DNA of 64,000 bases. Source: Octopus sinensis (Eukaryota). The stretch covers positions 17,980,001 through 18,044,000 of the forward strand of contig NC_043022.1 of NCBI RefSeq assembly GCF_006345805.1. The letters run 5' to 3'. Position numbers and translations under genes: made by a program. Below, piece by piece: positions 41,078 through 52,829 of this stretch. Positions within the stretch are counted from its first letter, which is position 1; each line of letters starts with the position of its first letter. The notes beneath the pieces are model-generated. The model was not told the DNA's origin. It made no database searches and worked only from the letters and a program-made list of their open reading frames with translations.

Positions 41078-42611
41078 TAATCCTAGGAAGGAATTTTAAA
41101 GAACATTTAATGCTACGCGCGTTTCCACAAATCACAGGACTTTTAAGATGAGAGTCCGTATTTGGGGGATGATTCCAGTGTAGTCCGTAACATTCCTTGG
41201 GCATCCAGTTGATCATCATTGGTTCATTTCTTCAGGATGAACCTCAGAGGGATGTTTTTTTTTTCTTCTCTTTTTACCAGTCTGAAGATCAAAAGGGTTG
41301 TGTGGGAATTTCTGTGTGTATTTGGTGGAGAGGAGTAGAAGGTGATGGGAATAGTTATATGGGGATGGAGGTGTGTGTGTGTGTGTGTGGTGGTGGTGGT
41401 GGATCTATTTTGCTATTCATTCAACAGATGTCAAGGATGGGTAGTGCATTATTTTGTTTGATTCCATTTAAGGGCCTGTCTTCAATAAATTCTGAACTCA
41501 ACAGGGAATCAAGTGCTGCTGCTTTGCAATGGCGTTTGTGGACTGAATTGATAAATCCTGCTTTCTTGTGGTGATCTCTTCATTGTTTTTGTTGGAATAG
41601 TGTACAGCATCACAAATATTCTTTTCTACTCTAAGAACAAAGCCTGAAATTTTGGGTGAGGGGGGGGGGGCAGTCAGTGAGATCGACCTTAGTGCGCAAC
41701 TGGTATTTAATTTATCGATCCCGAGAGGACGAAAGGCAAAGTCGACCTCGGCGGAATTTGAACTCAGAACGTAAAGATAGACGAAATACCTATTTCTTTA
41801 TTACCCACAAGGGGCTAAACACAGAGCGGACAAACAAGGACAGACATAGGTATTAAGTCGATTACATCGACCCCAGTGCGTAACTGGTACTTAATTTATC
41901 GACCCCGAAATTTATCGCCCGGCGTGCTAACCTGTCTTATTTCTTTATTGCCCACAAGGGGCTAAACATAGAGAGGACAAACAAGGTCAGACAAAGGGAT
42001 TAAGTCGATTAGATCAACCCCAGTGCGTAACTGGTACTTAATTTATCGACCCCGAAAGGATGAAAGGGAAAGTCGACCTCGGAGGAATTTGAACTCAGGG
42101 CGTAACGGCAGGCGAAATACGGCTATGCATTTCGCCCGGTGTGCTAACGTTTCTGCCAGCTCACCGCCTTCAGCATCTCAAATATTGGTTTCTTTGTTTA
42201 TATGTCTGGCTTCCTTCGCTTTTCTACAATGTGTTATTTCGTTTCAAAATATTTCTTCAGACTCCACGAATGATGTTTAGTTCATACGTTTATATGATAG
42301 GATCATCTCAGGGTGCCCGTCTATCACGTTTTCCCTGGATGTGATTATTTCCTGGGTTTCTTCTAGACAGAAGTTGATTAGCCGTGATGTACCGTTATAA
42401 TTGGACCAGTTGGTCGTATGTTTCACTCCATTCAGTTTTAGTCTCCAGACCAGGTTCGAGGGAGGTGTGTAGTGTCTTTTATTTATATTCGAAAGTAAGT
42501 GATATGAAATAAGTAATCCCAGAATATGGACTGTGATCTTAAAAGTCATGTCATTTGTGGAAACGCGCGTAGAGATACATTAAATATTTTTAAAATTCCA
42601 TCCTAGGATTA
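41078..42611. mobile_element. ~1.5-kb element with ~90-bp TIRs carrying nested family A SINEs (41620-42170)
   Basis: taatcctaggaaggaattttaaa..tacgcgcgtttccacaaat..gacttttaagat pairs with atcttaaaagtc..atttgtggaaacgcgcgta..tttaaaattccatcctaggatta. Confidence 0.75.
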
Positions 42612-42614
42612 TTA

Positions 42615-42667
<53 letters not shown>

Positions 42668-42788
42668 ATTATCATTATTATAAAGGCAGCGAGCTGGCGG
42701 AATCATTAGCCGGGCGGAATGCTTAGCGGTATTTCGTCTGCCGTTACATTATGCCTTATATATGTATATAATATATATATATATATGT

Positions 42789-42826
<38 letters not shown>

Positions 42827-43109
42827 GATATATATATATATATATACGACGAGCTTCTTTCAGTTTCCGTATACCAAATCCACTCGCAAGGCTTTGATCG
42901 CCCCGAGGCTATAGTAGAATACACCTGCCCAACATGCACGCAGTAGGACCGAACCAAGACTTTACCCCAACTACTTACCATACAGTCCCCCTGCGCCTAT
43001 TCTATATATATATATGCTTGATATATATATATACACACACACACACACCACACATACATATATATAGATATATATAGATAGATAATATGAAATATATATA
43101 TATATATAA

Positions 43110-46100
43110 ATGACACGCCCACTGCCACAGTCGAAGAAGGCAAGCAGGGTAACAACAGATAGGCGGCGATGGGAAAACGGAAAATAACCACCCGGATGAA
43201 AAGACCTATGCAGAAAGGAACCAGTGGACAACCGTCCAACGGAGGAAGAAAAAACAGAGAGGAACTGGGGACAAGAAAACCCAGATAACATGCAAATTCT
43301 TCCGGAATGGAACCTGCTGGCATGGAGAAACAGGGGAAGGATGCAGGTTCGCTCATCCCAGGCCCTATGGAAATTGCATCAAACCCACTCGACCAAAATG
43401 CCTTAACCAAAACCAGAACAAATACAAGCTGCCCCAGAATATGCAGACATAGTGCGTAATGCCCCACAGGAGAAGGCGCACATTTGCAGAGGAAATGCAG
43501 ACGGCGGCAGCAGCAAACAAAGAAATTTTGTGGAAATGGCAGAGAAAATTGTGGGACAACTGGCCTGGATACATCGTCTTCAGAGCCAGGGGCACTCACA
43601 ACAGCACTCAAGACCACCACAATCAAGGGACCCAGGGTGGCCACCGCTGACGCCGGCCCAGGTGCCACACCGTCAGCCTTTATTGACACCCCGGGTGTCT
43701 CACCAGTGCTTCTGCTGAATGTCAGAGGTCTGGTGAAAACCCACTAATATGGGTAAATTCCTTACCTTAGGGACTTGAGCACAAGCAACCATGCAATATG
43801 CATAGCGCTGACTGAAACGCACCTGTCAAGCAGTATAGCAGATGCAGAAATACACATACCGAAGTATACTGTTTTTCGGTCGGACAGGAAGGAAAGAACT
43901 CATGGTGGGGTTGCCCTGTACGTCCGTGAAGATGTCACACCCATAGTACTGTTGACACACTCAAACTCAGTCTGTGACACACTGATAGTACACATGAAAC
44001 AACCGAAAATAGTAATATGTGTCACATATCGGCCACCAGACACCCCTAGTCATGAAGGAGTGTTTGAAGATAGCCTCAGAAGAATAGAAGTCCTGGACAA
44101 ACTGGACCAGGGTAACACCATTCTACTGCTGGGAGATTTTAACCTTCCGAAAGTCAAATGGCCAGATGGCCATCTCCTCCCTGGAATGACATCACTTGAA
44201 CAGAGACAGACAGAGTCCTTGTTGGCTCTCACACGCAAGTTTTTCATGGAGCAAGCAGTGCTTTGGCCAACAAGAGGTGAGAATGTCTTGGACCTCTGTT
44301 TCACAAGCAACCCGATGCTCATCCACAACATAATGGTAACACCAACAATTCTCTCAGATCACAACTTAGTAGAGGTAATGATATATGGTATGAGAGAGTT
44401 AGTTGAGACGCAGCCATTAGAAAATACCACAGGCCTATCCAGTCTAAACTTCCATAAGGCAAACTGGAAGAAGATCAACGAAGAGATCCGAAAACATGAC
44501 TGGAGTGACTTCATCACCACACAAGACACCAACACACATTTCCAACATTTCATGACAACAATACAGAACATATGCCATAAGTTTGTCCCGGAGAAAAAAG
44601 CCAGCGGGCATAGGAACGTTATTCCCAGAGACAGGAAATACTTATGAGGCGAAGAGCTAAGCTCTCGAAGCAACTGAATGCACGGCAGAGAAACAATGAG
44701 GGACTCCACCTGAAACTTTTTGAAACGGAAACTGCACTCAAACTTTCCTATGAGAAGGAGAGGGCAGAGAGAGAAGCCAGGGCCATAGAGAATATTAAAA
44801 CAAACCCTAAAGCCTTCTTTAAATTTGCGAAAGAAACCACCTCGGTACACTGCAAGATTGGCCCCCTCTTTGATAAAAAGGGCTCTCTAACTGAGGACCC
44901 CCAAGGGATAAGTGAAATACTAAAGGAACAGTATAAAAGTGTGTTCACATCCCCTCTGGGGCACATGCAAATCACAACCCAGAAGTTTTCTTTGATGCCA
45001 CAACACTCCAAAACCAAACAACAACCATCGACCACATAGACATAACAGAGAGGGATGTAATATCTGCCATAGAAGAAATGAGAATAAACTCAGCTGCTGG
45101 ACCAGATGGATTCCCAGCAGTCCTCCTAAAACATGCAGGCATGCCCTAGCGGGACCACTGAAGAAGCTCTTCAGTGGTCCTTGGCTAACGGTAAACTGCC
45201 CAGGGCGCTAAAAGAAGGCACCATATGCCCTATCCACAAAGGAGGGAGTAGAGCAGAGGCCAAAAACTACAGGCCAGTCTCCCTGACGTCACACATAAGT
45301 AAGGTCATGGAACGAATCATCAGAAAAAAACTGATCACGTTCCTCGAAGAAACTAACCGTCTCACTGACACACAGCATGGCTTTCGCCCAGGAAGAAGCT
45401 GCCTTACGCAGCTGTTACAACACTACGACTGGATCGCTCAGAGGTGGATGTGGTATATCTCGACTTTGCGAAGGCCTTTGACAAAGTCGACCACGGAGTG
45501 ATATGTCACAAATTACTCAGACTCGACATAACAGGAAAAGTAGGTGAGTGGATACATGACTTCCTGAAGGACAGAAGCCAGATGGTTGCAGCCAATGGAG
45601 CCCTCTCGGGAAAGACACCAATAGCAAGCGGGGTGCCACAGGGCACAGTCTTGGGACCCTTGCTGTTTTTGGTGGCGCTCTCTGACATGCCCTTGGTAGC
45701 ACAAACAACATCCCTCACTAGCTATGCTGATGACACAAAGGTAGCACAGGCAATCAAAAACCCAGCTGATGCTGACCTTTTACAACAGATCTGGATGCCA
45801 TATACAAATGGGCTGAAGACAACAACATGCAATTTAATGCTGGTAAATTTCAAGCCTTACAATATCAAGCTGTAAACACATATACATTACAACACAACTA
45901 TACTGGTCCAGGAGGGATCGAAATCCCAGTATCGAAATCAATACGGGACCTGGGGATAGACATGAGTGACGATGCATCTTTTTCTTCACACATCGCGAAG
46001 GTGGCGACAATGTGCAGACGACTCACTGGCTGGATCCTGAGGACATTCCGGACAAGAGACTGCGAGACCATGTTGACACTATGGAGGACATTTGTCCTAA

Positions 46101-46706
46101 GCCGCCTGGACTACTGCTCCCAACTGTGGTCACCGCATAGTGTCAAACTAACCACAGAGCTTGAGACAATCCAAAGACATTTCACCAAGAGGATTTCCAC
46201 CATGAAAGAAAAGAACTATTGGGAGAGGCTTAGGGAACTCAATTTGTACTCCTTGGAACGAAGACGAGAGAGATATGCAGTGATATACATATGGAAAATC
46301 CTGGAGGGACTAGCACCAAATTTTGGAATTGAGAGCTGTTCCAATCCCCGTACAGGACGTCACTGTGTGGTGCCAAAGGTCCCGTCTTCCACATCCAGGG
46401 TAAGGAGCAGATACTGTAATAGCCTGGGGTTCAGGGGCCCTCAGCTTTTCAACAAACTGCCAAGAAAACTAAGAGATCTACATGAGCGGATGTGGACATT
46501 TTCAAAAAACATCTAGACAAGCTGCTTTCCGGGATCCCAGATGAACCCACTGCAAGGTACGAAGGTAACCTAAGGGGAGCAGCTACAAACTCTCTCTAGA
46601 TCAGTGGCCAGCCACGGCAAACTGGACTTAGAGAGGGTAGCAACAAGGGCGGTGCCCCAGCATGGCCTCAGCCGGATGCTGAACCAAGTAAAAGAGTAAA
46701 AGAGTA
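43110..46706 (+). mobile_element. CR1/L2-group LINE, ~3.6 kb, degenerate (ORF1 3' part + APE endonuclease + RT)
   Basis: ORF1 CKFFRNGTCWHGETGEGCRFAHP. APE motifs ALTETHL, RSDR..RTHGGVALYV, LLGDFNLP, LDLCFTS, SDHNLV. RT motifs YRPVSLTSHISKVMER, QHGFRPGRSC, LDFAKAFDKVDH, SGVPQGTVLGPLLF, YADD. Several frameshifts; tail (taaaagag)n. Confidence 0.92.
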
Positions 46707-46891
46707 ATATATATATATATATATTTAATATTACATTATATTCTATTATAATTTATTTATATTATATAATATATGTTATATAATATATATTATGTCCGTA
46801 TATTATATGTAAAATTATCTATCATGTTATATAAAATATATATTTATCATTCAGATTATATATATATATTATAATATATATAATATATATA

Positions 46892-46940
<49 letters not shown>

Positions 46941-46954
46941 AATATATAACATAC

Positions 46955-47025
<71 letters not shown>

Positions 47026-47420
47026 GCAAAATACATATATCTTTTATATTTTACTTGTTTTAATCATTCAACTGCGGCCATGCTGGGGCACTGCTTTGAA
47101 GGGATTAAATCGAACATGTCAACTCCAATACTATAATTTTTTCAGAGTTTGGTATTTATTCAATCGCTATTTTTGACCGAACCACTAAAGAGGATGAAAA
47201 CAACCAACACGGTTGCCAGACTGTGTGTATGTGTGACAAAGAGACAAGACACATATATGCACAAATTACTACATATATACATACATAGATACCTACATAT
47301 ATATATATATATATAATATATATATATATATCTATATATATATATTATATATATATATATATATATATGTGTATATATATATATGTATGTATATTATGTA
47401 TGTGTATATATGTAGTGTAT

Positions 47421-47460
<40 letters not shown>

Positions 47461-47514
47461 ATATATATAATTGTATGTATGTAATATGTATGTGTATATA
47501 TATGTGTAATATAG

Positions 47515-47546
<32 letters not shown>

Positions 47547-47709
47547 AGATATATATATATATATAATATATAATATATATGTAGGTATTAATATATTGTA
47601 GGTATGTATAATATGTAGGTATGTATATATATGTAGGTATGTATATAATATGTATGTGTATGTATGTATATATATGTATGTGTATGTATTATATATATGT
47701 ATGTGTATG

Positions 47710-47754
<45 letters not shown>

Positions 47755-47790
47755 TATAGGGAGAGAGTTTGAAGTGATGTACAGATATTG

Positions 47791-48312
47791 TATATTTAGA
47801 ATAATAACGTTGTCAGAATGTCGGATGATTAGGTATATATAGTTTTTTTTCTCATTTATTTTGATTCTATTTACACTTCCAGCGCTTTTTTCGCTCATCG
47901 GACCCATCGAAATGTGGCCCAAGGTCAGATCTCTTGGCCCCTCTATCTATAAAAATCGTTGTGGGGCCCACCAAGCAAGGTAGAAGGAAGAAGAAAATAT
48001 AATTTTTTTTGAGATGGAGGGGGAGGTAAAGAGGCGTGGCCCCCGCATTGGCACGGCCAGATCTGCCTGGCCAGCACTTAGGGGCCTTTTAGGGAGGCGA
48101 AGGAAAAATAATTTTTGTATTTGAATTGACCAAGGTTCCAACAGAAAAACCTTTGCTTGGCGGGCCCCACAAAGTTATTTTCATAGATAGAGGGTCCAAG
48201 AGGACTGACTTTGTCCATTTTTTGATGGGTCCGATGACGGAAGAGGGCGCTGGAAGTGTAAATAAATAAAAATATATAATCAGCCAACATTCTGACTATC
48301 TTATTATTCTAA

Positions 48313-48317
<5 letters not shown>
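47791..48317. mobile_element. foldback/MITE, 527 bp, ~190-bp imperfect TIRs
   Basis: tatatttagaataataacgttgtcagaatg...tttacacttccagcgc..atcggacccatc..gtggggcccaccaagcaaggt pairs with 48149-48317; central ggccag/ctggcc hairpin. Confidence 0.85.
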
Positions 48318-48345
<28 letters not shown>

Positions 48346-48419
48346 ATATATAATATATATAATATATATATATATATTATTATATATATATATATATATA
48401 TATATCATATATCATATAT

Positions 48420-48785
48420 AGCGTGGTTGTGAGGTAAGAGCTTGCCTCCCAACCACATGGTTCTGGGTTCAGTCCGACTGCTTGGCACCTGGGCGAGTAT
48501 TTTCTGCCGACCAAAGCCTTGTGAGTGAATTTGGTAGACGGAAACTGAAAGAAGCCCGTCGTGTATATATATATATATGTTTGTGTCTGTTTCTACCCAC
48601 CGTCGTTTGACAACCGATGTTGGTGTATTTATGTCCCCGCAACTTAACGGTTCAACAAAAGACACTAACAAATTAGGTACTAGGCTTACAAAGAATAAGT
48701 CCTCAAGTCGATTTGTTGGACTAAAAGCGGTGCTCCAGCATGGCCGCAGTCAAATGACTGAGACAAGTAAAAGAATAAAAGAATG
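48420..48785 (+). mobile_element. SINE family B, near full length
   Basis: gtggttgtgaggtaagagcttgc..ccacatggttctgggttcagtcc...gcggtgctccagcatggccgcagtcaaatgactgagacaagtaaaagaataaaag. Confidence 0.85.
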
Positions 48786-49266
48786 TACGAGAGAATGCCG
48801 GAAAGTTCCTTGTTTTGGATAAAAGAAAATATGGGAGGATCAGTTAATTCTGCTTTTATTCAACATATTCCTCTCTCAGATTCACACACTTATTGCAGTG
48901 GTCCTTCAGTTTTTCTAAGCCCTGTTTAAGAACTCGGAAGTTTTGGCCTACAACCACACTTTTCGCGATACCCTTAAAGCCAGGAACTTTTCAGCACTCC
49001 CCCGCGCACGCGTGTGTGTGTGTATGTGTGTGGGTATATATATGTACACACACACGCTCACACACATATATATATATATTTATATATATCGTGGTGCTGC
49101 TACTGTTTATATCTCGCTCAGAGATTTATTATTGCTTTTATATATATATATATATATATCGATAATAACAAAGGGTAAAATTAATTAATTAAGAAGTAAT
49201 TAATAATTTCACCAAGTAGAATTCGGTATGAAAAAAGGACCATTTCACGGTAAGTTTAAGTAATAC

Positions 49267-49513
49267 TAATAAAAAGGGTTCAGCAAAGATTTGCTTCACC
49301 ACACACCGAAGTTTAGAAATAGCAGCCGAAAATCTTAGCTATTTGTTCTACTTTAAAAGGGGGTCTCCGGAGAAACCAAAATACTTGAATACTTTGAATA
49401 TTTGGGTTTCTCTGAGAGACCCCCTTTTAAAGTAGAAGAAATAGCTAAGATTTTCGGCTGCTATTTCTAAACTTCGGTGTGTGGTGAAGCAAATCTTTGC
49501 TGAACCTTTTTAT

Positions 49514-49515
<2 letters not shown>
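49267..49515. repeat. near-perfect palindrome with ~116-bp arms
   Basis: aaaaagggttcagcaaagatttgcttcaccacacaccgaagtttagaaatagcagccgaaaatcttagctattt.. and its inverted copy; loop ~13 nt. Confidence 0.92.
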
Positions 49516-49584
<69 letters not shown>

Positions 49585-49649
49585 CTATATTTAAGAGATG
49601 AGGAATTATTTACATTTGACGGATATTTGTCCTCATCTTGTTTGCTGTT

Positions 49650-49695
49650 AACACAACGTTTCGACTGATGTACCCTCCAGCCTTCATCAGGTGTC
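49650..49695 (-). ncRNA. minimal type I hammerhead ribozyme (Penelope/retrozyme-type) in a ~140-bp element (about 49580-49720)
   Basis: Minus strand: gacac-CTGATGA-A-GGCTG-gagggtacat-CAGTC-GAAA-C-GT-T-gtgtt. Stem I gacac/gtgtt, stem II GGCTG/CAGTC, intact core, helix III reduced to the palindrome AACGTT. Confidence 0.8.
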
Positions 49696-50236
49696 TTGGA
49701 GAAATTTCCAACCTGGGTTCTATATATATATATATATATATGTATGTACACACACACACACACACACACAAACTATTACGCTATCTGTTCGCAATTTAGA
49801 AATGAAAGGCAACAGGTTTCCTTGTCACTAAAGTGACGGAGGGTGCTAATAAGCGCCAGCATTGCTAGGAATAAATGCCAAAACAATTCTTAGCCATGTG
49901 AGAGCACTTTTCTAACGACTGACAAGGGAGACAGGCTCCCTCACTACATTTATGTACATGTACGTTTGTATGTATGTATATATGTATCTATCTATATATA
50001 TGTGTGTGTGTGTGTGTATGTATAAAGGATGTTTTGTATATTATATACATAGTACAGTACATGTTCGCTTATCCTTGATACGTCATCCCAATGGTCACCA
50101 GATTGGAAAAGGAAGCTGTGAATATTTGTGATGCAAATTACCATCACTTGGTCTCCCTAGTTACAGAAACCACGAAGTAAACACTGGAGAAAAGAACGAC
50201 CTTTCACTCTGATGTAATTTCAGTCAACCTACTAGA

Positions 50237-50268
<32 letters not shown>

Positions 50269-50288
50269 AATATATATATACGTACAAT

Positions 50289-50319
<31 letters not shown>

Positions 50320-50424
50320 TAATATATATATATATATATATAAAGTCTCATTCTTTTGACGTCACTTTTTATGATATTGTTGTTGTTATTATATTATTGT
50401 TGTTATATTATTATATATGTATTG

Positions 50425-50461
<37 letters not shown>

Positions 50462-50768
50462 ATACATGTATTTATTTGTATATATATATAAATATATATA
50501 TATATATAAATATATTATATATATATAAATATATATATATATAAATATATATATATATACTTAATTGGTATATATATATATTATATATATATAATTTATA
50601 TATATATACGCACATGTATTTACATGTGTATATACATGTATGCACATGTATCGATATATGTATATATAGATATGTGCGTGTGTGTGTGTGTGTGTGTGTT
50701 ACAAAATTTTAAAACCCCATAACAAATTCTTGTATTTTTTCCTGCGTGGAAACATTCTTTTTTTCTCA

Positions 50769-50820
<52 letters not shown>

Positions 50821-51121
50821 TTTGATAGGTTTCGGCTATTATTGGCCCAGGCCATGTCTAACTTAATAGCACCATATGTGCATTGCATATATTCATATAC
50901 ATACATGTACACACCCACACTCACCCACCCACCCCCACACACGCGCACACATCTATGTATGCAATGTGTATGCACGTCCAGTACCGAAAGAGAATTATGA
51001 AACAGCTGTAAACATACCGAATTAAACCTTATTTGCCTTTCGTCTCTTTTTAGAGTTTGATTGATTATGCATACGTACACCCATGTATGTATATATGTAT
51101 ATATATATGTATGTATGTATG

Positions 51122-51153
<32 letters not shown>

Positions 51154-51176
51154 TGTGTGTATGTTATGTATGTATG

Positions 51177-51230
<54 letters not shown>

Positions 51231-51858
51231 ATGTATGTATGTATGTTATGCATGTATGTAAATATATATGTATGTGTGCATGAATAGTGTATGTTTTCAG
51301 CACAAAACTTTAAGTAATGCAGAGCTGAATGAAACGTTACTTTCTTTCATTTATTGAGTCACTCGTGTCTACGTTCATCTGTCCATTCATCCTCATCCAT
51401 CCACCCGTACACATGTGTGTGAGCGACATAAGTAAGCATGTTGGAGAGAAAGTGTTTGTGTGTGTGTGTATATATATATATATATGCACACACATATACA
51501 CACGGACACATGAACACATGCATGTGTGTGTGTGTCTGCATGTGTATGCTGAGGAGGGCCGTCTATTAGAAGTCGTTTGTGCGGGACGATGGAGTGTGAT
51601 AAACAGGAGGAACGAAAAAGGCAGATTTAGAAGAGGCGGGTCGCCATATTGGCGTCGTGGTTGTCGTTTGCTTGCGGTGGCGACAGTGGTTATGGTGACG
51701 GCGGCGGCGGTGCCAGCGGTGTTGGTGATGACAAGAAATTGTACTGTGATCTTTTTATATTTCAGTTATTTGGGTGTTTTTTTGTCTTATTTCTTTATAT
51801 TTAACTGTGGGTGTGTAAGTCTGTGTATGTCTATGTGTGCGCGTATTTACACACACAC

Positions 51859-51890
<32 letters not shown>

Positions 51891-52829
51891 CTGTGGTGGC
51901 GTGGTTTGTTTTCTTTTTTCTTTTGTTGTTGAGTTGACAAAACGACGGGCGAGGATCTGAAAAAGAAACAAAAACGGAAAGCAACAAAATCAGAAAACAA
52001 ACAGGAGCCGGTGCCGAAGGCGGTGAATCTTCCTAATCGTTCCTAAAGCAAGTTAATCCTCCCCATAGTAAAAAAAGAAAACAAAACAACAAAAACCAAT
52101 AAAAACCGCAAGAAACAAATAAAAAAGCATTGGTGACCGACGTCGCGGCGCCAGATCAGACTTGGATAAATAAATCTTTTTTTCTTTAACTCTTTTAAAA
52201 GGATTAAAAACTGCGATATAAGTGGTTGTTGTATTGTCTGTGGGGTGCTGTTATGGTGTATCGGTTTGATGGTGGTGGTGGTGATGGGGGGTGGGGTGAG
52301 GATGATGGTGATGGTGACGGTGGAGCTAGCAGCTACGACTACCAGCTACAACTACAGCAGCATCAACAAGAACAACGGCAGCAGCAGTAGCAGCAGCGGG
52401 AGCAGTAGCAGCGGCGACAGCAGCAGTAGTATTAGTGTTATTAGTATTAGAACAGCGGAAGTATGAAGTGCATTGCGGATGTCATCACATTTTATGATGT
52501 CAAAATGGCCGCCTTCTGTATTGTAGAAGATTGTCAATTCTTAACGGTGATAGATTAGGTGTCGGGTTTGCCATTCTTGCTCTACCCTGGACATAATACT
52601 TCTCTAATGTATGCACGTACAGGATAATTATTACAGGACTTAATTGAAGTAAAAATGTCTCAGTTTTAATTTGCATAATTTATGTAATTAATGAGTCAAC
52701 AATAACTAGCAGTCATTTTAAATGTTTGACAAGTTATCAAACTGTAACAGGGGTCGCCATTGAACTGACAATTCAGCGAACTGAATTTAGAATAGCAGTG
52801 TGAATATTCTGGCTTAAGATCACCTTGGA

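Noticed and set aside
50820-51030. Further hammerhead-like fragments (agccGAAAC on minus; GAAACAGCTGTAA on plus)
   Set aside because: No CUGANGA core at the right spacing; at best decayed remnants.
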